Shown: piece after piece, positions 11,995 to 22,692 of the stretch | Layout of the letters: each line of letters starts with the position of its first letter | Numbering within the stretch: position 1 is the first letter of the stretch | Assembly (NCBI GenBank): GCA_963727625.1 | Contig: CAVSHR010000005.1 | Coordinates: 448,001-512,000 of the forward strand | DNA length: 64,000 nt | From: an uncultured delta proteobacterium | GTDB lineage: Bacteria; Desulfobacterota; Binatia; UBA9968 | Direction: 5' to 3' | Made by a program: the position numbers and the translations under genes | The notes under the pieces: generated by a model | What the model was told of the DNA's origin: nothing | The model's input: only the letters and a program-made list of their open reading frames with translations | Databases searched by the model: none

Positions 11995-14043
11995 ATGGCG
12001 AAACCGATGCTGAAATCCAACGGCGCGGCGGCCGAAACGCCGAGCGCCGAGCCGAAATCGAAAACGACCCTGTCTGCGGCCGAGATGGGCGCGCGTCAGC
12101 GTGAAATCTCGGTCTCCGAGTTTTTTACCAAGAACCGTCACTTGCTGGGCTTTGACAGCCCGCGCAAGGCCCTGCTCACCTGCGTTAAAGAGGCCGTCGA
12201 TAACGCGCTCGACGCCTGCGAAGAGGCCGGAATCTTACCTGAAGTCGTCGTCAAGCTCGACGTGGTGGCCAACGACGGCGCCGCGCCTGCCCCGAGCCAA
12301 GCGAACCGCTTTCGCATCACCGTGGTCGACTATGGCCCCGGCATCGTGCGCCAGCAGATCCCGCCGATTTTCGCCAAGCTGCTTTACGGGTCGAAATTCC
12401 ACCGGCTGCGCATGAGCCGCGGCCAGCAGGGCATCGGCATTTCCGCCGCCGGGATGTACGCGCAATTGACCACTGGAAAACCGGTGCAGATCATCTCGCG
12501 CACCGGCGCGCGAGCGCCGGCTCATTACTTCGAGGTGCAGATCGATACCAAGAAAAACGAGCCGCGCATCTTCGAGAACAAAAAAATCGATTGGGAAAAT
12601 CATCGCGGCACGCAAGTGACGCTCGAGATCGAAGGACGCTACCAAAAGGGGCGCGCCTCAGTGGACGAATATCTCGAGCAGACGGCGATCGCCAACCCGC
12701 ATGTCACGCTCGTCTACCATACGCCCGACGGCGAGGTTAGGACCTTTCCGCGCACCATCGAGGAGCTTCCGCCCCAGCCTCGGGAGATCAAGCCGCACCC
12801 CTACGGCATCGAGTTCGGCATGATGCTCAAGATGCTGCACGACACCAAGAGCCACTCCCTGAGCGGCTTTCTATCCAGTGAGTTTAGCCGCGTTTCCGCC
12901 GGTCTTGCGCAAGCCATCTGCAAAAACGCCAAGCTATCGCCCGACACGAGGCCGCGCAATCTGCACGGCGCGGCCGCCGAGACGCTTTACAAAACCATCC
13001 AGAGCACCAAGATCATGGCGCCGCCGAGCAATTGCATTTCTCCGATCGGCGAGCGCGCGATCCTGCACGGCTTGTACAAGCAAATCAAAGGCGAGTTTTA
13101 TACGGCTGTCACCCGGCCGCCCTCGGTCTATCGCGGCAATCCTTTCGTCATCGAAGCCGGCTTGGCCTTCGGCAGGGGCCCGGAGCAGGCTGCGGAAAAA
13201 CTCCCACAGCCGGCGGCACCGCTCGCTGAAGGCGAATCTCATGATGGGGACGACGAATTGGCGCGTGTCATTCGCTATGCCAACCGCGTGCCGCTGCTTT
13301 ACCAGCAGTCCTCCTGTGCGACGTTCAAGGCCGTGCTCGACACCACATGGCGCAACTACGGCGTGGCGCAATCCCGCGGCGCGCTGCCTGCCGGGCCCAT
13401 GGTGATCTTCGTGCACATGGCCTCGGTCTGGGTGCCGTTTACCAGCGAATCCAAAGAAGCCATCGCCGACTACGACGAGATCAGAAAAGAAATCAAACTC
13501 GCCCTGCAGGAATGCGGCCGGCGACTTGGCGTCTTTCTCAGGCGCCGCGAGCGCGCCAAGAGCGAGTTCCGCCGGCGCAATATTTTCGAGCTCTACATCG
13601 AAGAAGTCGTCGACGCCTGCAATCGCTTGAAGGGCGGCAAACTTGCCAAAGAAAAACTCAAGAACCAACTGCAAAAGATCGCCAGCAAACGAACCGGCGG
13701 CGAGAAGACCGATGAGATCCTGGGCCGTGACGGCGGCGGGCCGGAAGGTCTCCCCTATTCGATCATCGTCACCCCCGAGGGCACCGAAGGCGACGCTCCG
13801 ATTTTGCCCGGTGACGAGCAAAGGGATGTTGCGATGCCGCAAGAAACCGCTGCGGAGGCGCCGGAACTGGAATTGCCCGCGCTAACGGAAACAAAGTTAA
13901 AGTCGGCCGGCAAAGCCGGCAACACTTCGGCGAAGGCCAAGCCGGCGCGCGGCACCAAGGCCCAAGGTGAGAAGCAGATGAACCTGGGCTTTGAACGATC
14001 CGGCGCAAGCGCCAAGTCAAACCGGAACAATAGGAAAAAATGA
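11995..14043 (+). CDS. top6B: DNA topoisomerase VI subunit B
   Basis: QREISVSEFFTKNRHLLGF, GHKL KEAVDNALDA, DYGPG, SRGQQGIG, RYANRVPLLYQ, VPFTSESKEAIA. Confidence 0.95.
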   Translation: MAKPMLKSNGAAAETPSAEPKSKTTLSAAEMGARQREISVSEFFTKNRHLLGFDSPRKALLTCVKEAVDNALDACEEAGILPEVVVKLDVVANDGAAPAPSQANRFRITVVDYGPGIVRQQIPPIFAKLLYGSKFHRLRMSRGQQGIGISAAGMYAQLTTGKPVQIISRTGARAPAHYFEVQIDTKKNEPRIFENKKIDWENHRGTQVTLEIEGRYQKGRASVDEYLEQTAIANPHVTLVYHTPDGEVRTFPRTIEELPPQPREIKPHPYGIEFGMMLKMLHDTKSHSLSGFLSSEFSRVSAGLAQAICKNAKLSPDTRPRNLHGAAAETLYKTIQSTKIMAPPSNCISPIGERAILHGLYKQIKGEFYTAVTRPPSVYRGNPFVIEAGLAFGRGPEQAAEKLPQPAAPLAEGESHDGDDELARVIRYANRVPLLYQQSSCATFKAVLDTTWRNYGVAQSRGALPAGPMVIFVHMASVWVPFTSESKEAIADYDEIRKEIKLALQECGRRLGVFLRRRERAKSEFRRRNIFELYIEEVVDACNRLKGGKLAKEKLKNQLQKIASKRTGGEKTDEILGRDGGGPEGLPYSIIVTPEGTEGDAPILPGDEQRDVAMPQETAAEAPELELPALTETKLKSAGKAGNTSAKAKPARGTKAQGEKQMNLGFERSGASAKSNRNNRKK

Positions 14044-15149
14044 TGGCGCAAAAAAAACCAAAAAATAATGGTGTAGTTGAGAAGAAACTCATCGGCGTTG
14101 CCGACGTCGTCATCGGCGCCGCGCAACGGAGCCAGGACCCCGCGCTGTCGATTCCGGTGCGCAGTCTCGCCAACGTCAAGTTCAACGAGAAGCGCGGCAT
14201 CATCGAGATGGGCAAAAGAAAACAGGCGCGCACCTTCTTCAACGTCGGCATGGCGAAGAAGTTTATGCAGACGGTGCTGGTTGCGGACGCACTTGCCGAG
14301 CTGCAGCGCGCCAACTTGACGACCTCGCTCCGCGAAATTTACTACAGAACCAAGCATACCATTAAGAACTCCCACGAGAATACCTTCGACGGCCAGAACG
14401 AATCGGACCCGCTGATCGAAGACCTCGAAGTCACGCTCGAAGCCCTGCGCGAAGAGCTGCACGTGCGCGCCGAGAACTCGGGGACGGTCGTTGGCCCGCT
14501 GGTGCTGGTCGATGACGGCGACCGAGTCGATTGCACCCGGCTCGGCAAAGGCGGCTATTCGGTCCCCTCCATCGTCGAGCCCGAGTATATTCAGATCAGC
14601 AAGTGCACGGCGGACTTCGTCCTGCTCGTCGAGAAAGGCACCCAGTGGAACCGCTTGTCGGAAGACAAATTCTGGCGCCGCTACAATTGCATTTTGCTGA
14701 CGGGCAACGGCCAGCCGCCCCGCGGCGTGCGCCGCCTGGCGCGCCGGCTGCACGAAGAGTACAAACTTCCCGTTTACGTCTTGGTCGACAACGATCCCTG
14801 GGGTTACTACATCTACTCGGTCATCAAGCAGGGCTCGATCAATCTCGCCTTCGAAAGCCAGCGCATGGCGATTCCCAAAGCGAAGTTCATCGGCTTCTCC
14901 AGCGCCGATCCCGACCGCTATGGTTTGCCTCGCACCGTCGGTATTAAATTGAACGACAAAGACATCAACCGCGCCAAGGAGCTGATGAAGTACAAATGGT
15001 TTCAGAAAAAACAGTGGCAGAACGAAATCAAAGGCATGCTTTCGAGCGGCCTCAAGTACGAGCTTGACGCCCTGGCGAATAAGGACTTTCAGTATCTCAC
15101 CAAGACTTACCTGCCGAGAAAGCTAAAAGACAAAGACTGGTTGGATTGA
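14040..15149 (+). CDS. top6A: DNA topoisomerase VI subunit A (Spo11-like)
   Basis: SLREIYY catalytic Tyr, FDGQNESD, TOPRIM VEK and DNDPWG, ELDAL; ATGA overlap with top6B. Confidence 0.95.
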   Translation: MMAQKKPKNNGVVEKKLIGVADVVIGAAQRSQDPALSIPVRSLANVKFNEKRGIIEMGKRKQARTFFNVGMAKKFMQTVLVADALAELQRANLTTSLREIYYRTKHTIKNSHENTFDGQNESDPLIEDLEVTLEALREELHVRAENSGTVVGPLVLVDDGDRVDCTRLGKGGYSVPSIVEPEYIQISKCTADFVLLVEKGTQWNRLSEDKFWRRYNCILLTGNGQPPRGVRRLARRLHEEYKLPVYVLVDNDPWGYYIYSVIKQGSINLAFESQRMAIPKAKFIGFSSADPDRYGLPRTVGIKLNDKDINRAKELMKYKWFQKKQWQNEIKGMLSSGLKYELDALANKDFQYLTKTYLPRKLKDKDWLD

Positions 15150-15206
15150 GTCGCGGCGATCGTCTCTAGCCAACCGTATTTTTATTACGGCATCGCGGCC
15201 AAGAAT

Positions 15207-16574
15207 CTAGGGTCGAGAAGGCGGCCTGTCTGAAAGATTCTGGGCAAAGGCATGACGATCGTCTGGAAACGACGCCGGCCGGTACCAGTCCGCCCGCGTC
15301 AGCGGCAAGCCGCTTTGACCGCGCTCCGGTTTCGTCAACAACGTCTGATACAGGCTTAAACGGCCACAGCGAAACTCGTAAGCCGACCCAGCCAAATACA
15401 ACCGGAAAACCCGGAAACTCAGCGGATCGGTTTGCCGCTCAATCTCCGCCTGGGCAGCCTCGAACCGTCTGAGCCATTGTTCCAGCGTCAACTTGTAGTG
15501 TTCGCGCAGGCTTTCGACGTCGCGCACCTCGAAGCCCGCGGCCTCCGCGCCGGCCACGGTGCGCCCAAGGGTGGCGAGAAAATGATCGGGAAACACATAT
15601 CGATCCATGAACGAGCGGCCCGGCCGCTCTTGAATGCTCGGCACGCACACGATGGCATGGTGGAGAAATTGACCGCCGGGGCGAAGCAGCTCGAACGCTC
15701 GGGCAAAATAATCGTCAAAACAATTTTCCGGAACATGTTCGGCAGCGCCCACGCTGGCGATGCGATCGAAGCTGTCAGCGGGGCGGAACTCGAGAAAGTT
15801 TGCGACCTCGACGCGGCACTGATGCGCCAAACCCGCCGCGCCAATCCGCTCGCGCGCGACTTCTGCCTGGTGCGGGCTGAGCGTGAGCCCGAGAGTCTCC
15901 ACGCCATAGTTGGCCGCGGCGTGCATCACCAGCGCACCCCAACCGCACCCCATGTCGAGCAGACGATGCCCCGGTCGGAGACGCAATTTACGGCAGATAT
16001 AATCGAGCTTGCTCTTTTGCGCTTCGGCCAACGAGGCCCGAGACGACTCAAAGTAAGCACAACTGTAAGACAGCGACTCATCGAGCCATAATTTCCAGAA
16101 ATCCACCGGGTGATCGTAATGATAATTCACCGCGGCACGGATGCGGGCGGCGGTCGGCGTAAAACGTCGGGCGAATCCGGAAAAAACTCCGTCGCGCGGA
16201 TACTTCGGCGCGGGGATCGACCAAAGCCAGCGCGCCAAGCGTAGTTTTTCCGCCGGCGGATAGTGGATTCTCAGCAACCGATCGCCGGATTCGAAAACAT
16301 CGATAAGCGAGCCCTGAACATCCAAATGGCCATAGATATAGGCCTCGCCGAAACTGAGCGAGCTCACGTTGCTGAACATGCTGCGCACGACGTTGGGCGT
16401 GCGAAAGATCAGCTTGAAATCCGCAGGCCCGTTTGGTTCCGCCGGCCACTGCTCGCCGTCCCAGAGCTGAACGGCAAATTCTCGCGGCCCCAACCGCGCC
16501 AAGACCGTTTGCAAGAGCGACCGCGCCGAGAGTTCTATGGAATCCGTTATCGGAGTTGATGTTGCCGTCATCAT
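15207..16574 (-). CDS. cfa: Cyclopropane-fatty-acyl-phospholipid synthase
   Basis: YHYD, SYSCAYF, LLDMGCGWG, YVFP, HYKLTL. Confidence 0.88.
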   Translation of the reverse strand: MMTATSTPITDSIELSARSLLQTVLARLGPREFAVQLWDGEQWPAEPNGPADFKLIFRTPNVVRSMFSNVSSLSFGEAYIYGHLDVQGSLIDVFESGDRLLRIHYPPAEKLRLARWLWSIPAPKYPRDGVFSGFARRFTPTAARIRAAVNYHYDHPVDFWKLWLDESLSYSCAYFESSRASLAEAQKSKLDYICRKLRLRPGHRLLDMGCGWGALVMHAAANYGVETLGLTLSPHQAEVARERIGAAGLAHQCRVEVANFLEFRPADSFDRIASVGAAEHVPENCFDDYFARAFELLRPGGQFLHHAIVCVPSIQERPGRSFMDRYVFPDHFLATLGRTVAGAEAAGFEVRDVESLREHYKLTLEQWLRRFEAAQAEIERQTDPLSFRVFRLYLAGSAYEFRCGRLSLYQTLLTKPERGQSGLPLTRADWYRPASFPDDRHAFAQNLSDRPPSRP

Positions 16575-16786
16575 GACCTCCGCAGCTGGAAACGGGACGC
16601 CGAAGCAGGTGGAGGCGACTCAACTTCACCCACCGACCGCCCGTGAGCCATCGTTTGGTTTGTTGGCAGACTTAAAGGGGCCCTTCCGGACCTAGGGAAA
16701 TTCCACCACCTTGGGAGAGGTTATTCAATGGGCTGGATTCGTCGCGCTGGTCCCCGGGAGTGCGGCCCATGCCGCGATACGATCGG

Positions 16787-19180
16787 TTATTTTTTCAATT
16801 TGGCGCGCTCCAGCGCCAAGGCGAACGCGCCGCTGGGTTTCGGTTCAACGCGCTCCTGCGCGCGCTTCGAATCAGGTGGACGCGACTCGCCCTGTCCACG
16901 CGCCGCGCTGTCGATTTGCTTGGCGCGCGGATTACCGAGGGGCGGACTACCGCCGGGTGTGTCGTCGAGGCGCATGGTCAGCGAAATGCGCCGGCGCTTT
17001 TCGTCGACTTCCATCACCTTCACTTTGACGATCTGTGCAGGCTTGACGATCTCCTGCGGGTCCTTGACGAACTTGTTCGCCAGCTGAGACACGTGCACGA
17101 GGCCGTCCTGATGCACGCCGATATCGACGAAGGCTCCGAAAGCGGCCACGTTGGTCACCACGCCTTCGAGGATCATGCCCGGCTGCAAGTCGGCAAGCGA
17201 CTCGATACCTTCTCGAAATGTCGCGGCTTTGAATTCCGGGCGCGGGTCGCGGCCGGGTTTTTCCAGCTCGGCGAGGATATCGCGCACCGTCGGCACTCCA
17301 AACTTTTCATCGGTGAAGGACTCGGGCGCAAGCCCCTTCAACGCCGCCGATTGCCCCATCAATTGGCCAATCTCTTTGCCGATGCGGGCGAGAATCCGCT
17401 CCACCACCGGATACGCTTCCGGATGGACCGCAGAACGATCGAGTGGATTGTCACCATCGTTGATGCGCAGGAAGCCCGCGGCCTGCTCGAAAGTCTTGTC
17501 GCCCAATCGCGGTACTTTGCGGATGGTCATGCGATCGGTGAACCGGCCGTTGCCGTTTCTGAACTCGACGATGTTTTTCGCCAGCGCGCTGTTGAGCCCC
17601 GACACGCGCGCGAGCAGCGGCGCCGACGCGGTGTTCACGTCCACGCCCACGGCGTTGACGCAGTCTTCCACCGTGGCGTCGAGCGCGCGCGCCAGCGCTC
17701 TCTGGTTGACGTCGTGCTGATATTGGCCGACGCCGATCGCCTTGGGCTCGATTTTTACGAGCTCGGCGAGCGGATCTTGCAGGCGGCGCGCGATCGACAC
17801 CGCGCCGCGCAAGCTGACGTCGAGGTCGGGAAACTCGGCGGCGGCCAGGGCCGATGCGGAATAGACCGACGCGCCCGCTTCGCTGACCACGATCTTGTTG
17901 ACTTTCCGTTCCGGCATCTTCGCCGCGACCAAGTTGATCGCTTCGGCCGCGAGCTTGTCGGTCTCGCGGCTGGCGGTGCCGTTGCCGATGGAGACCAGCT
18001 CGACCTTATGCTGCACGATCATGCGCGCCAGCGTCGCCAGGGAGCCCTGCCAATCGTTACGCGGTGGGTGCGGATAGATCGTCGTCGTTTCGAGCAGCTT
18101 GCCGGTGGCATCGACCGCCGCGACCTTGCAGCCGGTACGGATACCAGGGTCGAGGCCGAGCACCGCCTTGGGACCCGCGGGCGCTGCCAGTAAAAGCTCG
18201 TGCAGGTTGCGGCCGAAGATTTTGATCGCCTCGGCCCCCGCCGCTTCGCGCAGCTGCATCAGGAGCTCGGTGCTGATATGCGGGTGCACACGGACGCGCC
18301 AGCTCCATTGACAAACTTCGCCGAGCCACGGGTCGGCCGCCCGGCCGCGCTCTTCGATGCCGAAGTGCGCGGCGATCATCGCGACGCAGGGATGCGGCAC
18401 GGCGGCTTCAAGTTCGTCGCCCAAGCCCAGGTTGATCGTCAACACCTCCAAAGCCTCGCCACGGAACAGCGCCAGGGCGCGATGCGACGGGATGGTGCGG
18501 ATTGTTTCCGAGTAATCGTAATAATCGCGGAATTTTTCCGCCTCGGCTCCCTCTTTGCCCTTCGCTACTTTGGCGCTGACCACCCCCTGCTCCCACAGGC
18601 GCGTGCGCAGCTTCGCCAGCAGCTCGGCGGTCTCGGCAAACCGCTCGGCAAGAATATCGCGCGCGCCGTCGAGGGCGGCTTTGACGTCCGGCACGCCGTT
18701 TTCGGCCGCGGGTTTGTCGTTGACGAACTTGGCGGCTTCCACCGGCGGGTCTAGCGATGGATCAGCGAACAGCGCATCGGCCAGCGGCTCCAGTCCGGCC
18801 TCGCGTGCGATCTGCGCGCGCATGCGCCGTTTAGGCTTGTACGGCAGATAAAGATCTTCCAGCGCCTGCTTGGTCGCCGCCGCTTCGATGGCGCGGCGCA
18901 GCTCATCGGTGAGCTTTCCCTGCTCCTCGATGGAGGCGAAGATCATCCCGCGCCGCTCTTCGAGCTCGCGCAGATAACCCAACCGCTGTTCGAGATTGCG
19001 CAGCTGCGTGTCGTCGAGATTGCCGGTGACTTCCTTGCGATAGCGCGCAATGAACGGCACCGTCGCGCCTTCGTCGAGCAGCGCCACCGCCGCGGCGACC
19101 TGCTGCGCCCCGGCACCGAGTTCGGCGGCGATCATTTGATAAATTTTGACCTGCGTAGATTCCGAAAGGTTTTGAGTCAT
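16787..19180 (-). CDS. tex: Tex family RNA-binding transcriptional accessory protein
   Basis: [37 protein letters not shown]-terminal S1 domain. Confidence 0.95.
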   Translation of the reverse strand: MTQNLSESTQVKIYQMIAAELGAGAQQVAAAVALLDEGATVPFIARYRKEVTGNLDDTQLRNLEQRLGYLRELEERRGMIFASIEEQGKLTDELRRAIEAAATKQALEDLYLPYKPKRRMRAQIAREAGLEPLADALFADPSLDPPVEAAKFVNDKPAAENGVPDVKAALDGARDILAERFAETAELLAKLRTRLWEQGVVSAKVAKGKEGAEAEKFRDYYDYSETIRTIPSHRALALFRGEALEVLTINLGLGDELEAAVPHPCVAMIAAHFGIEERGRAADPWLGEVCQWSWRVRVHPHISTELLMQLREAAGAEAIKIFGRNLHELLLAAPAGPKAVLGLDPGIRTGCKVAAVDATGKLLETTTIYPHPPRNDWQGSLATLARMIVQHKVELVSIGNGTASRETDKLAAEAINLVAAKMPERKVNKIVVSEAGASVYSASALAAAEFPDLDVSLRGAVSIARRLQDPLAELVKIEPKAIGVGQYQHDVNQRALARALDATVEDCVNAVGVDVNTASAPLLARVSGLNSALAKNIVEFRNGNGRFTDRMTIRKVPRLGDKTFEQAAGFLRINDGDNPLDRSAVHPEAYPVVERILARIGKEIGQLMGQSAALKGLAPESFTDEKFGVPTVRDILAELEKPGRDPRPEFKAATFREGIESLADLQPGMILEGVVTNVAAFGAFVDIGVHQDGLVHVSQLANKFVKDPQEIVKPAQIVKVKVMEVDEKRRRISLTMRLDDTPGGSPPLGNPRAKQIDSAARGQGESRPPDSKRAQERVEPKPSGAFALALERAKLKK

Positions 19181-19347
19181 AGAAAATTAACCCGTGTGTG
19201 TTGCGGAATTGAAAGTATCACGCGATCGAAGTCATCAACAGCACGGGAATTTAGCAGAAGACTTGCAGCGCTTCCAGGTCGGAGCAACCGCAAGCCGGCA
19301 GCCAGACGCCGGATTGACATCCTCTGGTAAAGAGGTAGCAAGTACAC

Positions 19348-20091
19348 ATGGCAGCACATCTAACGATGAGATCCGGCAATCCGGTTTTGACCGGGGATAC
19401 TTTCCGAAGAGAGCGGGCGCTCGCGGGCGGCGATGTGATGACGGTAGCCGGAGCGGTCAACAAAACCGCGCTGCTTTTGGCCATCTTGTTTGTGACGGCG
19501 ACGTACACCTGGGGCCAGGGACCGGCGGCGTCGGGCTATATCATGGTCGGCGCCCTCGGCGGCATGGTCGTCGCGCTGGTCACAGTCTTCAAAAAATCTT
19601 GGGCGCCGGTGACCGCGCCGATTTACGCGGCTTTAGAGGGCCTTGCTCTCGGCGGAATTTCCGTGCTGTTCGAGAGCCGTTATCCGGGAATCGTCAGCCA
19701 GGCAATCTTCCTCACCTTCGGCACGCTCGCCGCCTTGCTGATCGCCTATCGCTCCGGCTGGATTCAAGCGACGGAAAATTTCAAGTTGGGCGTCGCCGCC
19801 GCCACCGGCGGGATTTTTTTCGTCTATCTGATCAGTTTCGTGCTGGGCTTTTTCGGCATGAGCATCCCGCTGATTCATGGCAGCGGCACTTTCGGCATCC
19901 TCTTCAGTCTCTTCGTCGTGGTCATCGCCGCGCTGAACCTGGTGCTGGACTTTGACTTCATCGAGCAGGGCGCCGAGCAAGGCGCGCCGAAATACATGGA
20001 ATGGTTTGCTGCCTTCGCTCTCATGGTCACGCTGGTCTGGCTCTATCTTGAGATTCTCCGCCTGCTCAGCAAACTTCAGGACCGGCGCTAA
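19348..20091 (+). CDS. Bax inhibitor-1/YccA-like membrane protein
   Basis: About 7 hydrophobic segments; MRSGNP, LVLDFDFIE, TLVWLYLEILRLL. Confidence 0.88.
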   Translation: MAAHLTMRSGNPVLTGDTFRRERALAGGDVMTVAGAVNKTALLLAILFVTATYTWGQGPAASGYIMVGALGGMVVALVTVFKKSWAPVTAPIYAALEGLALGGISVLFESRYPGIVSQAIFLTFGTLAALLIAYRSGWIQATENFKLGVAAATGGIFFVYLISFVLGFFGMSIPLIHGSGTFGILFSLFVVVIAALNLVLDFDFIEQGAEQGAPKYMEWFAAFALMVTLVWLYLEILRLLSKLQDRR

Positions 20092-20331
20092 TCACCGAAC
20101 TCAGCGGCGTTGACGAAAACGATGCGCCGAGTAAAGCTCAACCTGGGCACGCCACTTGAGTGTAAAGCGGCGCCCTGCCTTGTATTAACCCTATCTCCGC
20201 GTTAGGTTTTTCAAGTGCACATGTGAATTATCTCTAACTTGTCGCTTAATTTATGGAGCGATCGCCCGGGCGGCTTGTCAATTGTTACAGAATTGAATTA
20301 CCGTTCCATCTCTTTCGAGAGGGGAGTTAAG

Positions 20332-20574
20332 ATGATCCGTCTGAAAACCGAGACGCGCGCCTGCTTGCTCGACAGCACCCAGCCCGGTTCGCTCGTGCAC
20401 GAGCTGCTCTCCGGCGCTCCCGTGGTCACCAGGTTCGGCGACCCGCCGGGAGGTCTCTACGAAGTTGACTGCAGCGATGAACACTGCGAGGAGCTTTTGG
20501 CCGTCGCCTCCAAGCATTGTCCCGACTCTGTGCAAGAAATCGAAGCTGAAATCAGCCGTCAAACCCGCGCCTAA
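20332..20574 (+). CDS. Small hypothetical protein
   Basis: GAGGGGAG RBS before ATG 20332; 80 aa with several Cys/His. Confidence 0.55.
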   Translation: MIRLKTETRACLLDSTQPGSLVHELLSGAPVVTRFGDPPGGLYEVDCSDEHCEELLAVASKHCPDSVQEIEAEISRQTRA

Positions 20575-20711
20575 TCGGTGAGGTGTCACTTTGTATCCGT
20601 GAGATTTCACCGCGACCAGGGCGTCTTGGAAACTCTTATTAGCGAACTAACCCCTATTGGATGCTTCATCGAAGACCAATGTCGGGCCAACGCGCAGGAG
20701 AAGGGTCTCTT

Positions 20712-21506
20712 ATGAAACGAACTTTTATCTGGCTGATTCCGCTCATCGTGCTTGGCGCGGTCGCGGGGATTTATTTCTGGCCCGAGAATCAAAAGCCGTT
20801 ACCCCAAGCCGTTTCGACACCCGCGCCCGCCGTCGAACCGGCGATTCGCCACCCCGTCGAAACCGTCGAGACTCCTGGAGAGCCCTTGCCGCCCCTGGCG
20901 CAGAGCGACGGCGCCTTGCGCGACGCGTTGGCAGCCCTGCTTGGGCACAACCTTCCTAAGTTTGTCTATTTAGATAATCTGGTTCACCGAATCGTGGCCA
21001 CCGTGGACAATTTGCCGCGGGATTACGTGGCGCCGCGATTAATGCCGGTAAAGCCCGTCACCGGGCTTCCGATCACCGTAAACAGCGGCGACACGCTTGC
21101 CCTCAGCCCGGAAAATGCCGCGCGTTACCGGCCCTATATGCGCCTGGCGGAAGCGCTGCCCGCCGACGCGCTCGTGGGAATATACTCGCGCTTCTACCCG
21201 TTGTTCCAGGAGCAGTACGAGAAGCTGGGTTATCCGGGCAAGTATTTCAACGATCGCGTCATCGAGGTGATCGATCATCTGCTGGCTGCGCCGGAGATCG
21301 ACGGACCACTGCGCCTCGTTCAACCCAAAGTTCTTTACCAGTTCGCCGATCCGAAGCTGGAAAAGCTTTCGGCGGGACAGAAACTCTTATTGAGAATGGG
21401 CCGCGCCAATGAGCTCAAGCTGAAAGAGAAACTCCGGGAAATTCGCCAGGCGCTGGTGTCGAAGGCGCCGGCAAGCGCAGTAGGCGACCACGATTCGCGA
21501 TCTTAG
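20712..21506 (+). CDS. DUF3014 domain protein
   Basis: N-terminal TM; VATVDNLP, RYRPY, YPLFQEQY, FNDRVIEVIDHLL, LSAGQKLLLRMG. Confidence 0.85.
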   Translation: MKRTFIWLIPLIVLGAVAGIYFWPENQKPLPQAVSTPAPAVEPAIRHPVETVETPGEPLPPLAQSDGALRDALAALLGHNLPKFVYLDNLVHRIVATVDNLPRDYVAPRLMPVKPVTGLPITVNSGDTLALSPENAARYRPYMRLAEALPADALVGIYSRFYPLFQEQYEKLGYPGKYFNDRVIEVIDHLLAAPEIDGPLRLVQPKVLYQFADPKLEKLSAGQKLLLRMGRANELKLKEKLREIRQALVSKAPASAVGDHDSRS

Positions 21507-21635
21507 ATCGATGGTGCAAGGATTTCCCATCGCAGAAACCCGGGTGTGGCGAGAGCTTCACCTCTCGTCGGCAATCGTCATAAACGACGCGCTTGAAGGG
21601 ATTGAACGATTTGAACCGGCGGAGTTTTGGCGGCC

Positions 21636-22517
21636 TTACAAAGTCGTGACCGCGGGGATAATTTCTTTCCCCATCAATTCGATCGGCCCGATCTCGTGAA
21701 CTCCCGGCATAGCTACAATCAGGTGTCGAATACCGGCGTCGCTGACGCCGCGGCAATACTCGATCGCCTGGCGCACGCTCATTGCGCCGTTGCGGAGATC
21801 CATACTGCCGATTGCAGTTCGCTCGATTTCATCGTACGGCCGGCCGATCAAGTCGCATTGCCGGCGCAGGACGTCGAGCTTGGCGCGGACGGCGGCCGCC
21901 CCGTCCTGCGCGTAGAGATTGCACGCGTCGGCGTACCTGGCGACCAGCGGCAGCGTGCGCTTCTCGCCGACGCCGCCGATCATGATCGGCGGATGCGGCT
22001 TGGCAATCGGTTGCGGCGAATTGAGCGTTTCGACCAATTGGTAATGCTTGCCATTAAACGGTCCAGCTTTGCCCGACCACATTTGCAGCGCTATCTGGAT
22101 GGTTTCTTCGAGCCGTTCGAAGCGCTCTTTCATCGGCGGAAACGGCACGCCGAGGGCACGCGCCTCGCGCTCGAACCACGCCGCGCCGATGCCGAAATAA
22201 CTCCGGCCGCCGGAAAGCACATCGAGTGTGGTCGCGGTTTTGAGGAGAATCCCCGGGTAGCGATAGATCACGCCGGTGACCAGCGTGCCAAGGCGAATTC
22301 TTTGAGTTACCGCGGCGAGAAAATTGAGCGTGCTGTAACCTTCGAGCATCGCTTCCTCCGGCTTGCCGATCTGCGCGATCTGAAAAAAGTGGTCCATCAC
22401 CCACAGGCTTGCAAAGCCGGCTTCTTCCGCCGCCTGTCCGATGCGCGCCAGCGTCGGACCGATCTGCTCTGCACCACCCGGCCAGGTGAACGAAGGTATC
22501 GTCAGCCCCAGTTTCAT
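21636..22517 (-). CDS. LLM-class F420-dependent oxidoreductase
   Basis: WVMDHFFQI, LDVLSGGR, GIGAAWFERE, IGGVGEKRTL. Confidence 0.9.
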   Translation of the reverse strand: MKLGLTIPSFTWPGGAEQIGPTLARIGQAAEEAGFASLWVMDHFFQIAQIGKPEEAMLEGYSTLNFLAAVTQRIRLGTLVTGVIYRYPGILLKTATTLDVLSGGRSYFGIGAAWFEREARALGVPFPPMKERFERLEETIQIALQMWSGKAGPFNGKHYQLVETLNSPQPIAKPHPPIMIGGVGEKRTLPLVARYADACNLYAQDGAAAVRAKLDVLRRQCDLIGRPYDEIERTAIGSMDLRNGAMSVRQAIEYCRGVSDAGIRHLIVAMPGVHEIGPIELMGKEIIPAVTTL

Positions 22518-22692
22518 GACCACGTCTCTCCTTTCCAAAGCGAAGGGCGAACGCAGGCGCGATGATTCGGTTCATCCCAGCAGGTCTGAACGCGTGCCAA
22601 AGCAAACCTAGCGGCAGTCTTGTCACGAGCAGGATCCCCTGACGGGAGTCGCTTTCGAACCGGCGCGCGACGCGGCGGCCACAACGAAGCTT

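Noticed and set aside
16760-18754. Long antisense/alternate-frame ORFs (also 10411-11526, 23098-24309, 36632-37909, 56059-57120)
   Set aside because: Shadow ORFs of GC-rich genes, with no motifs and overlapping well-supported CDSs
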